Shown piece by piece: positions 29,168-38,596 of a DNA stretch of 64,000 nucleotides; within the stretch, counting starts at the first letter, position 1, and every line of letters begins with the position of its first letter. The stretch is taken from positions 2,080,001 through 2,144,000 of the forward strand of contig OZ241986.1 in the NCBI GenBank assembly GCA_965204375.1. The letters run 5' to 3'. The notes under the pieces were generated by a model. That model did not search any database and was not told the DNA's origin. It saw nothing but the letters and a program-made list of their open reading frames with translations. Made by a program: the position numbers and the translations under genes. Source of the stretch: Candidatus Latescibacterota bacterium (lineage in GTDB: Bacteria > Latescibacterota > UBA2968).

Positions 29168-31381
29168 TCAATCCAGCCTCTGCCTTCTTTCCCGGATCAA
29201 CACTTCCAACTCGCGCACAGCATTCGCATCTCTCGTGATTTGCCTGTACCCATCCAATGCTGCTGCCGCGTCCTCCACCCGCCCGGCCTCTGCATAGACC
29301 AGTGCCAGATTGTGGTAAGGTACAGCATAATTAGGATCCGATTCAATGGCTTTTTGGTACCAGTATATTGCCACATCCAGAGAATCCCGAAGCGTATATG
29401 TATCCCCCAGATCGGTATAATCCCGGGCTGTACCGGGTTGTGTTCTGAGCCGATTCCGAATATCTGTCTCCCACAACTCGCAAGCGTGATGCAGAGGTGC
29501 TACCAGGGTCGAATCCCTTGCCGCTGCTTCCCGCCACATTTTTACCGCCTCCGAGAATTGCCTGTTCCTGACAAACACAGTACCAAGCCCCGCATAAGCA
29601 TCTGCCATTCCGGGCCAGACCTTCAGAGCCTGCCGAAACGCAATCTCCCCGGCCCGGTCATCACCCTGTTGCAATGCATCAATGCCCACCTGCACCTGCG
29701 CCTCTGGATCGTCGGCAAGAAGATCTGTCACCATGGTTCGATATTCCATCAGAGCTTCCGATAGCTTATCCCTATCGCGCGGCAGATTCACACCCTCCAG
29801 CATCGAAGCCGCTCTTATGCGCACCAATCGCGAAGGATCATCCAACCGCTCAATCACAGCCTCAATACCCGCATTGCTTTCTTGAACCATCAATCCCTCT
29901 ACAGCCCGGGTGCGTACCATCGGATGTGGATCGCCCAGAGCATCTATCAAAGCCTTTTCAGCCCTCTCATCAGCCTGTCTGCCCAGTAACACGGCTGCCG
30001 AAGCCCGCAATACCATACTCTGGTCTTTCAAAAGCGCGATCAAACCATCCAGAGCCTTTGGATCTCCCATCCGTCCCAGAACAATTGCTTCGGCCTGAGC
30101 CTCTTCATCTGCCTGTGAACCCCACCACGTTTTTACCCAGCCCGCCGCCCAGTCGGGAGTCTGATCGCTGTGGCACCCATTACACGCATTTGGAATGCCA
30201 AACCGAACCGTATTTTCCGGTACCGGCGACAGAATGCGATGATCGTATATCCCAATGCGCTTCACCTCTTCTACAGGAGGCATATGGCAATCCACGCACC
30301 CCACCGTCTCGTGATTGCTATGCCTTTCAACAGGCTCTCCCACATCTATTCTGTGACAGTTCAAGCACACCCGATCATAGGTTGCGGCGCGGGTCTCGCC
30401 TTCCGCTCTCACAGGACCCAGGTGGTGAGAATCGTGACAACCAGCGCACGTCAGATGCCCCACCGTATAACACGAACTCATCAAAAAAGCCAGCGTGTTG
30501 TAGTTCAATTCGCGGTAGCGTCCATCTGCCCAGAACTTTTCGCTATCCAGCACTTCCAATTCGTAAAAGTCGTAAAATGGATCGCCCGGCTGATATCCCT
30601 CCCCAATAATCCGCTTGTGTGCGTGACACTGCGCGCAGACCTCCACTGACTGCTCCGAACTCAAAAATCTCAAATTTACCAGTGTCGTATCCCGCGCAGG
30701 TACCTGGTCCGGTAGCACTTTCCAGAATGCCACATGTTGGCCTCCAGACCCATGACATGTTTCGCAATTAATACTCAAGTCCGTCCAGCGCGTCGCGTAA
30801 GCACCTGTCTCTGGATCGTAATTTTTTTCGATCTGGCTGGCGTGACAGTCATGACATTGAAAATTCCAGTTCCGACCAAAATTCGTCCAGTAATTGACAT
30901 CGCCCGGCGCAAAGCCCTGCGGATGGTCGAACAACCCTTCTACTGGATCGAACCACGTCTGTTCCCGAACATCCCAATAGGCCGGCAGCACCTGAATGCG
31001 CCCACCCTCGAGCGTGGTCAAATACCACTGCGTATCCCTGTCTCCGATTGCGTATTCGATGGGATAGACTTCCCGTTTCCCATTCGCGCCATCCGTCTCC
31101 ATAAAATAGGTTCCGTCCTGCACAAACATTCGAGAAGTCATTCCCGTATAAGTATATGTATTGTTCCGCGTAAAATCCCCCCGCATAGTTTCGACCGAAG
31201 GCACTTGCATTGACCGCTGATGCAACGACCCCTGCCATTCTTTATAAGCATCCGGATGACACGTTGCACACGCCTCTGCACCCGTATATATCGCTTTGGA
31301 AGTTACTGGCTGTGGAGGATCTTCCGCGCATCCACATATCATTATCACAAAGAGAAAAGACCCCGGGATCACTGCACGCAT
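29168..31381 (-). CDS. Multiheme (8 CxxCH) cytochrome c lipoprotein with HEAT and TPR repeats
   Basis: CATCH, CHDCH, CETCH, CAQCH, CAGCH, CLNCH, CVDCH, CNGCH; HEAT repeats (LGDPHPMVRTRAV, LDDPSRLVRIRAA); C-terminal TPRs; lipobox-like ICGC. Confidence 0.88.
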   Translation of the reverse strand: MRAVIPGSFLFVIMICGCAEDPPQPVTSKAIYTGAEACATCHPDAYKEWQGSLHQRSMQVPSVETMRGDFTRNNTYTYTGMTSRMFVQDGTYFMETDGANGKREVYPIEYAIGDRDTQWYLTTLEGGRIQVLPAYWDVREQTWFDPVEGLFDHPQGFAPGDVNYWTNFGRNWNFQCHDCHASQIEKNYDPETGAYATRWTDLSINCETCHGSGGQHVAFWKVLPDQVPARDTTLVNLRFLSSEQSVEVCAQCHAHKRIIGEGYQPGDPFYDFYELEVLDSEKFWADGRYRELNYNTLAFLMSSCYTVGHLTCAGCHDSHHLGPVRAEGETRAATYDRVCLNCHRIDVGEPVERHSNHETVGCVDCHMPPVEEVKRIGIYDHRILSPVPENTVRFGIPNACNGCHSDQTPDWAAGWVKTWWGSQADEEAQAEAIVLGRMGDPKALDGLIALLKDQSMVLRASAAVLLGRQADERAEKALIDALGDPHPMVRTRAVEGLMVQESNAGIEAVIERLDDPSRLVRIRAASMLEGVNLPRDRDKLSEALMEYRTMVTDLLADDPEAQVQVGIDALQQGDDRAGEIAFRQALKVWPGMADAYAGLGTVFVRNRQFSEAVKMWREAAARDSTLVAPLHHACELWETDIRNRLRTQPGTARDYTDLGDTYTLRDSLDVAIYWYQKAIESDPNYAVPYHNLALVYAEAGRVEDAAAALDGYRQITRDANAVRELEVLIRERRQRLD

Positions 31382-31396
31382 TGATCTTCCTCTATT

Positions 31397-32284
31397 CTAA
31401 ATGGCTTCCAAAAAAGTCTCAGGCCATTTCGGCTCGTAATCGCTCTCAAATAGCCAGTCGAAATTCTCGGGCACAATATGCGCACGCTCGGGACGCAACT
31501 TCTCTCGCAGCCTCGGGAAAAACGACATCACGCCATCACGCTGACTCTTCGGCAACCCGCAGGACACGCCCGTAGCGACCCATGCCGTTAGCATTGCCTT
31601 GCGGGGCACCGTATCCTCGTTCTGCCATGCGGAATGCAATCCCCCGCTGCACAAAATCAAAATCTGACCTCGACGCGCAACGGCCGGAACCGGCTCTTGT
31701 TCCAGCCACGGCGCATCGACCAACTCGGGTACATGCTCGGGATAAGCTGGCGCAGTATCCGATGGCTCTGGACGCAACCCGTGGACGCGGGGCAACATCG
31801 CCTTGTGCTCTGGCGTCAAAACCCGGCTCCAGTGTTCCATAATCGGGCGATGGCTACCCGGCAAAATGCGCATAGCTCCCCGATGCTCGGGCACATCATT
31901 GACCCAGAACCACAACTCAGCTCGCATCCGGCGTGGCGTCGCCTGAAAATCCTCCCATGTCGCCTGGATATCGACATGGCATCCACGGGACCATTGCTCG
32001 TGGACGCTCGCAAAAGGCGCGCTGCTCGGCGCGCGCTCGTGGGGTGACAATCCCCACCACAGATGTACGGACTCGGCTCGCAACACCTTCCTGGCGACCT
32101 CCTCCAAATAGGGATGCTGGACAACATCGACATAATCCGGGTCTTCATAAGGCGGACATCCGCTCGCCTTCAACCTGTCCCATGCCGCTTCGGCGCGGTT
32201 CAGTTCCTCGGTCGTGAAGGGACTGTCGATCGTAACGGCTCCCTCTTCGTCGTATTGCCTCATTTGTGCATCGGTAAACAGCAT
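31397..32284 (-). CDS. Phytanoyl-CoA dioxygenase (PhyH) family Fe(II)/2OG enzyme
   Basis: TDAQMRQYDEEG, HVD, GAMRILPGSH, LHSAWQN...PR; GGAGG RBS before ATG 32284. Confidence 0.88.
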   Translation of the reverse strand: MLFTDAQMRQYDEEGAVTIDSPFTTEELNRAEAAWDRLKASGCPPYEDPDYVDVVQHPYLEEVARKVLRAESVHLWWGLSPHERAPSSAPFASVHEQWSRGCHVDIQATWEDFQATPRRMRAELWFWVNDVPEHRGAMRILPGSHRPIMEHWSRVLTPEHKAMLPRVHGLRPEPSDTAPAYPEHVPELVDAPWLEQEPVPAVARRGQILILCSGGLHSAWQNEDTVPRKAMLTAWVATGVSCGLPKSQRDGVMSFFPRLREKLRPERAHIVPENFDWLFESDYEPKWPETFLEAI

Positions 32285-32421
32285 AGCGCCTCCATTAGTG
32301 TTTCGAATCAAACGATCCCTATAATAAGTTTATCGCCTCCCAATCCGAAATTCAAGCCAAATACCGCGAGCTATGCCTTGTGTGAGACAAGCCGATGGCC
32401 TATATTTCTATTGGACTGCCC

Positions 32422-32446
32422 GGAACTCCTTGAACCGCCGGGCGTT
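32422..32446 (+). promoter_or_regulatory. Possible ECF sigma-type promoter upstream of the GWxTD gene
   Basis: GGAAC-N16-CGTT. The motif is short and could be chance. Confidence 0.25.
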
Positions 32447-32488
32447 CCCGTATATATAGCCCCTCATCTTTTGCCGGGAGGACATGCG

Positions 32489-34957
32489 ATGAACACAACC
32501 CTCAAATGTGTTGCACCTGCCCTGCTCTGTTTCTTGCTCTCTGCACCGCTTGCCGCTCAGGAAGCCCAGATTGACTCTCTCATTGCTCAGGGACAGGCTG
32601 CCTTTGAAGCCAACAAAAAAGACCAGGCCATCAAAGCACTCACAGCGGCTATCAAACAAAACCCCGATAACATCCAGACCTACCTCGCCGTTGCTCCCAT
32701 ATACATCAACGCGGGATATCTGGACCACGCAATGAAGGCATTCAAGGAAGCTCTCAAACTCAATGATGCCTCGCCAGAAGCCCAGACCGGCATTGCAGAG
32801 ACCTACTACAAAAAAGCCTCTGGTGGGATCATGGCTGTTTACCATGCCCGCAAAGCCGTCAGCGCGGCCCGGCGCGCCACCCGGCTCGACCCCACCTACG
32901 CGCCCGCCTACATCCTCCTCGGTCGCGCGTACATCCGCCTGAATGAGAACCACACCGCTGCCTCGCGGGCTTTTGCACAGGCATTGACACACCAGCCCGA
33001 CAATCCCGAAATCGCCTATCTCCTGGGCACTTCCTATATTGAACTGCGCCGCAACGCCCAGGGCCGTCAACGCGACAACCAGATGATCCTGAGCGAATCC
33101 ATCCTCAAAAACCTCGAATATCACCTCGAAAATGCTCGCTTTCTCCCCATCGCCGCGCAGATCCTCTTCGATAAGGGAGAGCCGGAAAAAGCCCTCAACG
33201 TCTTTGAGCAATTCATCGCCACTCTGCCAGAAACAGAACGGACCTATTACGACGACATCGCCAGGGTAGGTACCAAAGAAGAACTCAAAATCTACGAAGA
33301 AACTCCCGAAGCCGAACGCCTTGCCTTTCTCGAACAATTCTGGGCCAAGCGCGATTTTGATTTGCTCACCGAAGTCAACGAACGCCTCATTGAACACTAC
33401 CGCAGGGTGTGGTACGCGCGAAACCACTTCGCCGAAGCCAAAACGCCCTGGGATGCGCGGGGAGACATCTACATCCGCTACGGCGACCCCGACTACCGTG
33501 CGCGTTCTGGCAGAGCCAACCCCGAAATCACGCCCGCCGTAGAACAGGTCAAAGAACGCCTCGCCCTGGCCCTCTACGGTCCCGAAGCCATGGACGAAGT
33601 CTTTACAGGTCCAGTCTATCCCATCCGTTCCAACCAGTCTTTCGTAGGCGAACTCGACCCCGCGGCCCTCGCACGCACCGATGAAGGCGGCAATATTCTC
33701 GTACCCCCCGGCACAATTGAAGGCAACCTGGACGAATTCATCCTCACAGAAGCCCTTGGCGCAGATGGAGAGGCAAGCGGTGAAGTCGGAGAAATTGGGC
33801 AGTTGGCCCTCGACGAATACCAGCGGCGGCAGACGCGCCCCGAAAACCAGCACCACTTCCTGCCCGTCACCTCACGAGGCGACATGACCATTGTGCCCTG
33901 GGAAACCTGGGTCTATACCAATATTGGAGAAGGCATCGAAATCACCTTCACCAACGAATTGGGCAACGGCGTTTACACCTACGCGCCACTTCCCGACTTC
34001 CCTCACGAAGAAACCACCATTGGCCTTCACCGGTACTCCCTCCTCGCGTATTACGCCCCCGAAGCCATCGCCAACCGCACAGTCAGCGAAGTCCCCGATT
34101 TTTATACGCCTGGCGGCCCCATGTCGGGCCTCGGATTCCACTACGATTTTGCCGACTTTCGCGGACCAGATGGCGCCACCCGCCTGGAAATCTACTACGG
34201 CATCGATCCCGTGGAAATGGGCACCTTTGCTTCGGGCGACACCTCTACGATTATCGCCGACTGCGCCGTCATCCTGGCCGACACCTCCTACACCAACGTT
34301 TACCGCGCACAAGACGCCATCTTTTACCGGTCTATCGGCCACCATATGTGGCCCGAAGGCTCCTTCATCCCCACCCTCATCCCAATCGACGTACCCCCCG
34401 GCAACTACCTGCTCACAGTACAGGTCAATGACCGCGCTGCCGAACGCAAAGGTATTTATCGCCATCAAGTACAGGTTGAACCTTACCAGTCCAACGCCTT
34501 GCAACTCAGCGACATCCAGCTAAGCTGGAACATCTCGGAAAACCCGGGTGACGAAAAATTCCGCAAAGGCGACGTATGGGTCGTGCCCATGATCTCCCGC
34601 GCCTATCAGAAGGACCAGAGCGCCTATGCCTACTACGAAGTCTATAACCTCACCCGAAACGATTTTGGGCAAACCCGCTATCGCGTCACCTATACCATTG
34701 CCGTGGAAGATCCAATACGTCCCTTCAATCTGGTCCGCAGCAGCGTTGGTGCTCTTGCCAGTATATTCCAGCGAAAGGACAAAACACAGGTCACAGTCAG
34801 CTTCGAACAGACCGGCAACGAACAATCTACCACCGGGTATTTTGAACTCAGCCTGAAAAAAGTCAAAGCCGGTTACAACCGCCTCACCGTCACAGTCGAA
34901 GACCTCAACAATGGACAAAAAGCCGCCAAAGAAATCCAGTTCAGGTATAAGAAATAG
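32489..34957 (+). CDS. TPR + GWxTD domain-containing exported protein
   Basis: Signal peptide from ATG 32489 (GGGAGG RBS); N-terminal TPRs; FWAKRD...NERLIEHYRRVWYARNHF...WDARGDIYIRYGDPD; WETWVY; Ig-like C-terminus. Confidence 0.87.
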   Translation: MNTTLKCVAPALLCFLLSAPLAAQEAQIDSLIAQGQAAFEANKKDQAIKALTAAIKQNPDNIQTYLAVAPIYINAGYLDHAMKAFKEALKLNDASPEAQTGIAETYYKKASGGIMAVYHARKAVSAARRATRLDPTYAPAYILLGRAYIRLNENHTAASRAFAQALTHQPDNPEIAYLLGTSYIELRRNAQGRQRDNQMILSESILKNLEYHLENARFLPIAAQILFDKGEPEKALNVFEQFIATLPETERTYYDDIARVGTKEELKIYEETPEAERLAFLEQFWAKRDFDLLTEVNERLIEHYRRVWYARNHFAEAKTPWDARGDIYIRYGDPDYRARSGRANPEITPAVEQVKERLALALYGPEAMDEVFTGPVYPIRSNQSFVGELDPAALARTDEGGNILVPPGTIEGNLDEFILTEALGADGEASGEVGEIGQLALDEYQRRQTRPENQHHFLPVTSRGDMTIVPWETWVYTNIGEGIEITFTNELGNGVYTYAPLPDFPHEETTIGLHRYSLLAYYAPEAIANRTVSEVPDFYTPGGPMSGLGFHYDFADFRGPDGATRLEIYYGIDPVEMGTFASGDTSTIIADCAVILADTSYTNVYRAQDAIFYRSIGHHMWPEGSFIPTLIPIDVPPGNYLLTVQVNDRAAERKGIYRHQVQVEPYQSNALQLSDIQLSWNISENPGDEKFRKGDVWVVPMISRAYQKDQSAYAYYEVYNLTRNDFGQTRYRVTYTIAVEDPIRPFNLVRSSVGALASIFQRKDKTQVTVSFEQTGNEQSTTGYFELSLKKVKAGYNRLTVTVEDLNNGQKAAKEIQFRYKK

Positions 34958-34972
34958 CGAGATGGGAAAATC

Positions 34973-35007
34973 AAAAAAAGGCGACCGAAAAACTCGGTCG
35001 CCTTTTT
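34973..35007. terminator. Bidirectional intrinsic terminator (copy A)
   Basis: AAAAAAAGGCGACCGA-AAAAC-TCGGTCGCCTTTTT between convergent genes. Confidence 0.88.
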
Positions 35008-35026
35008 ACATGCTCAACACAACGAA

Positions 35027-35968
35027 CTAAAAAGCGAAGCCCATCCCAAACCGCAAGGGTTGATTCAGATCGTGTTTGGACTGCTGCCACGCCACATCCG
35101 CCGTGATCTTTGTCCCGGCCAGAGGCAATTTCACGCCTGCACCTGCTGTAAGCCCAAAGGAATCGTAGCGGAACATATACCCTCCGCGCAGCGCCAGTAT
35201 ATTGCCCAGCCAGGCTTCGCCGCCCACATGGTAGCGCTCTTCCCAGTTAATCAGGAAGTTCATCTCAACCGCCCCGGTGATATAAAACGGATCGCCTTGC
35301 TGCCCATAGACCTCGGCAGCGGTTCCCAGATTGAACGACAGGGGTTGCTGGAACTGTCTTCGCAAAACCTCTGTGTCCTTTCCGAAGTTCCGCAGTGCCA
35401 TTGACAACCTCAGGCTGCCAAGCCCGGTGTAGAACTTGGTGCCAAAATCCACATTGAAAGTCGTGTGATTGGTCAAGTCCAGATCCTCGCGAGCCAGCAT
35501 AAATCGCACGCCAAAGGACAGCTTGTCCGTGAACTTGCGGCTATAGATGAGACTAAAGGCCGATGTGCCCAGGCTGAGCGTTCGACCCGTGCCTCCCGGC
35601 TGCAAAATCGTGGTCTCTTCCACATCCTCTGGCTTAAAGGTCAGGATGCTGACCCCGATGGTATGCACACCGCTCGTATAAGCTATAGCCCCGGTATTGA
35701 ATGTAGAATTTACGAACCACTGCGAATGGCTCAGCGACACTTCCAATTTCTCCACGCCCGTCATCCCGGCCGGATTCCACCACGCGGCATTGACATCGTC
35801 TGCGGCAGTTGCATAAGCACTCCCCATTGCCACGGCGCGAGGGCTTTGCGCCACCGCAAGGGGCGAGAAGATTGTCAAGTCCGGCCGCTTAATAAGCCCA
35901 CCTGCATATGCTGGAATAGCCATTAGTGTCGTGGCGAGCATGCAGATGAGAAAAACTTTTTTATACAT
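35027..35968 (-). CDS. PorV/PorQ (UPF0164) family outer-membrane beta-barrel
   Basis: Signal peptide; RAVAMGSAYATAADDVNAAWWNPAG; ALRNFG; LALRGGY; ends GMGFAF. Confidence 0.88.
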   Translation of the reverse strand: MYKKVFLICMLATTLMAIPAYAGGLIKRPDLTIFSPLAVAQSPRAVAMGSAYATAADDVNAAWWNPAGMTGVEKLEVSLSHSQWFVNSTFNTGAIAYTSGVHTIGVSILTFKPEDVEETTILQPGGTGRTLSLGTSAFSLIYSRKFTDKLSFGVRFMLAREDLDLTNHTTFNVDFGTKFYTGLGSLRLSMALRNFGKDTEVLRRQFQQPLSFNLGTAAEVYGQQGDPFYITGAVEMNFLINWEERYHVGGEAWLGNILALRGGYMFRYDSFGLTAGAGVKLPLAGTKITADVAWQQSKHDLNQPLRFGMGFAF

Positions 35969-35989
35969 ACTTGCTCTCCTTATTCAGAG

Positions 35990-36018
35990 GGGCGATAGGC
36001 AGAGACTACCCACCGCCC
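35990..36018 (-). promoter_or_regulatory. Intergenic RNA stem-loop without U-tract (possible mRNA stabilisation/processing element)
   Basis: Minus strand GGGCGGTGGGTAG-TCT-CTGCCTATCGCCC forms 13 bp with three G-U pairs; full pairing works only on the transcribed strand. Confidence 0.55.
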
Positions 36019-36023
36019 GCCGA

Positions 36024-38528
36024 TTACCTGACAGATCCCCCAACCACCACAAATGTCCCGCGCTGGATCTTTCCGTTGCTCTCTGGCGTCAGGGACTTCA
36101 CCACGAAGAAATAGACCCCAGCCGGAACCTGTCCCGTCACCGCCTTGGTGAGCTGGATATATTCCGCTTCTCCAACCGCTGGATTATCGTGATCAAACTC
36201 CGACATCAGATCTCCGGAAACCGAGAAAATTTTCACATTGCACTTGGACGGCAAATTCACGAATCGAATTTTATCCGACCCCTCATAGGCGTGAGAACCA
36301 TCGGCCAGGAAGGGATTGGGCACCACCGACACCTTAGCTTCCAGGCGTTCGGCCTCTGCATAAGCGGCCACTGCCGGACTCGTGGGTATCCATGAATACC
36401 GGAAGAACTGCTCGGGAGCAGACAAGCCACTCTCCAACCCGCTTTGTACCGACTGCTGTGCAGCCGGCGGCAAATCGGATAGCGTCCTGGTGCCATCGCT
36501 GCTGGTCCAGGTACTGTGCCCGGTGTCATAAGCCGTCACCGCATAGTAATAGGCAAATCCAGCCAGAGATGTATCGTCGGTGTAAGAATACCGATCACCC
36601 TCTTTGTGCGACGCATCTCCGACCTTGATATCCTTCAGGAGTTGCCAGTTGTCGAAGTAAAAATCACTGCGGTAAATCCGGTAACCAGCAATATCCTTGG
36701 CCTCAGCAGTACCCGCATAATCGGGATCTTCCAGATCGTCGATACTCTGCCAGCTAATTTTGGCCGTAGCTGCCGGTGTATTCGCGATCCAGGTGTGGAG
36801 ATCCGGCGGCGGGAGTGGCACGTCGCCGCCCAGTTCGTACATCGCCTGCGCGTGCTGCGCGTGCTTCATCAAATTCCGCATGGCCTTGTCCGTGTGCAAA
36901 TCGGCCTGGTTCTGCGGGATATTCCGCTGCCAGCCCCACATATTTTCCTCTACTGGCATCGACGCTGTAAAAGCCATCACGATCTTCACGCGGTCGCCCC
37001 TTTGCATATCGTAGGGACCGTAAGTGTGAGAAAACGCATGCCAGTTGGGCGACATGGGTTGCTCGGGAGTCTCGCCCCGTCGCGTGGGATTGTCCTGCAC
37101 TGGCAGAGGTGCAGTCGGATTGTCCGGCCAGCCCGTGCGTCCGGCGATATTGTACATACTCACCCGCTCGCCCGGCTTGGCCACCGACACCAGCGCAATA
37201 CCGATCTCGTCGGTGCTATGCCGGTTGATATCCGGTTCTTCCTTGTGGGTGAACCACGGCACGGCAAAGGGCTGCTCTGCCACCTTTGGAGCTATGTAAT
37301 TTGCGTAGTCGTCGTTCACAAAAGGCGGCGTATAGTCAATCGGAATCGCCCCCACGTACTGCCCGGCCAGGAGTTCTCCGCGCTGTTGGAAGTTCACCCG
37401 CCCCCAGCAGCACTGGTTTTCGGGCTGATGGGGATCACCCGCATCGTCGTGCGCTGTCAGCGGAGAATCCCAGTCAAAAGCGTAGCTCATCTTCATGCCC
37501 ACAGCATCGGCCACATCCGCGTGATTCGGGTCAGCCGTTCCATAGTTGGCCGCCTCGGTATAGCGGTACACATCGTCCTGGATCACATCGTAGTTCTCCG
37601 ACTCCTGACGGCGCAACAACCAGTAGTAGTACCCCCGTGCTCTATCTACGCGGTCTCTATTGGCCGTGCCGCCTTCCGTGGGCCAGAAATAGTTGTAAAA
37701 GGCAAAATAGACATCCTTGAGATTTAGTCCGGCACCGCCGTTGAGATCGGCAACGCCATCGCCATCGGAGTCTCCGGTATTCTCAAACACATTCTCCACA
37801 ATGATGAAGTCATCCCAGTCCCGAAACGTCCACTGGTAAACCTTCTTTGTGCCCTGAATACCGGCCTCCGTCGTCCACTTGGCGATCGCCACCAGTTCTC
37901 CAAACCGCTTGTGCTCCGGCTTCATATACGTGTGGAAATCCCAGTTGTGGATCTCCACGATATTGTCCGAACCCGGATGCGGCTGCCCCGGCCACCAGTT
38001 TTTGGCTTCCGCTATCGGAATCCCCTTGAGCGGGTGCTGTGGATCCATCCCCACGCCCAGTTGCCCTTCGATTTCCGTACTCACCGGATACTCCATAGGC
38101 GTGATGTCCGGACTGGTGGTCAGACTCGTAAATGATACCACGAGGTCTTTTCCGCGCGAGGGCGTATATTCTGACGGGTCGGGCCTGGTGATAATAAACG
38201 TTCCCAAGCTCCGCGCCGTGGCCGTTCTCAGCAGATAATTTTGCACCCACTGGTTGGACCCCGGCCATCCGCGCCTATCCCACAAACTCCCCGGCAAGCG
38301 GTTCCGCCCCGGATAGGCCACGCCCTCCATACTGGCGCGCCGGCTTCCGTCTCGATCCGGACCGTGCATGCCTGTGTTCATCAGCCCCGTCCAGAGCTTG
38401 CTGCGCCGCAGGTTGCGCCACGGCAACCGAGGAATATTCTGAGCGGCTACCTCGCAGGCCAGCGACATCACAAAGATTCCGACAAGGATTGCCCCGGCCG
38501 TGCGAGAAAATTTCGCATACATTTTCAT
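36024..38528 (-). CDS. Large exported protein with FN3-like domain and C-terminal T9SS type-A-like sorting domain
   Basis: Signal peptide; PLPPP...ISW...GYRIYRS...YYYAVTAYD (FN3-like); VSVVPNPF...IRFVNLP..CNVKIFSVSGDL...GVYFFVV. Start at ATG 38528. Confidence 0.78.
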   Translation of the reverse strand: MKMYAKFSRTAGAILVGIFVMSLACEVAAQNIPRLPWRNLRRSKLWTGLMNTGMHGPDRDGSRRASMEGVAYPGRNRLPGSLWDRRGWPGSNQWVQNYLLRTATARSLGTFIITRPDPSEYTPSRGKDLVVSFTSLTTSPDITPMEYPVSTEIEGQLGVGMDPQHPLKGIPIAEAKNWWPGQPHPGSDNIVEIHNWDFHTYMKPEHKRFGELVAIAKWTTEAGIQGTKKVYQWTFRDWDDFIIVENVFENTGDSDGDGVADLNGGAGLNLKDVYFAFYNYFWPTEGGTANRDRVDRARGYYYWLLRRQESENYDVIQDDVYRYTEAANYGTADPNHADVADAVGMKMSYAFDWDSPLTAHDDAGDPHQPENQCCWGRVNFQQRGELLAGQYVGAIPIDYTPPFVNDDYANYIAPKVAEQPFAVPWFTHKEEPDINRHSTDEIGIALVSVAKPGERVSMYNIAGRTGWPDNPTAPLPVQDNPTRRGETPEQPMSPNWHAFSHTYGPYDMQRGDRVKIVMAFTASMPVEENMWGWQRNIPQNQADLHTDKAMRNLMKHAQHAQAMYELGGDVPLPPPDLHTWIANTPAATAKISWQSIDDLEDPDYAGTAEAKDIAGYRIYRSDFYFDNWQLLKDIKVGDASHKEGDRYSYTDDTSLAGFAYYYAVTAYDTGHSTWTSSDGTRTLSDLPPAAQQSVQSGLESGLSAPEQFFRYSWIPTSPAVAAYAEAERLEAKVSVVPNPFLADGSHAYEGSDKIRFVNLPSKCNVKIFSVSGDLMSEFDHDNPAVGEAEYIQLTKAVTGQVPAGVYFFVVKSLTPESNGKIQRGTFVVVGGSVR

Positions 38529-38553
38529 GTCATATCCTCTGTCTAGGTTGAAT

Positions 38554-38584
38554 CCGCGGTGTGGGCGCAGTGCCCACACCGCGG
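38554..38584 (-). promoter_or_regulatory. Intergenic perfect 13-bp GC-rich hairpin without U-tract
   Basis: CCGCGGTGTGGGC-GCAGT-GCCCACACCGCGG just after the TBDR stop codon. Confidence 0.65.
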
Positions 38585-38596
38585 CACTGTGCCTGC

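Noticed and set aside
29168-31381. NrfA nitrite reductase or hydroxylamine oxidoreductase
   Set aside because: No CxxCK heme motif; the HEAT/TPR C-terminal architecture and missing partner genes do not fit.
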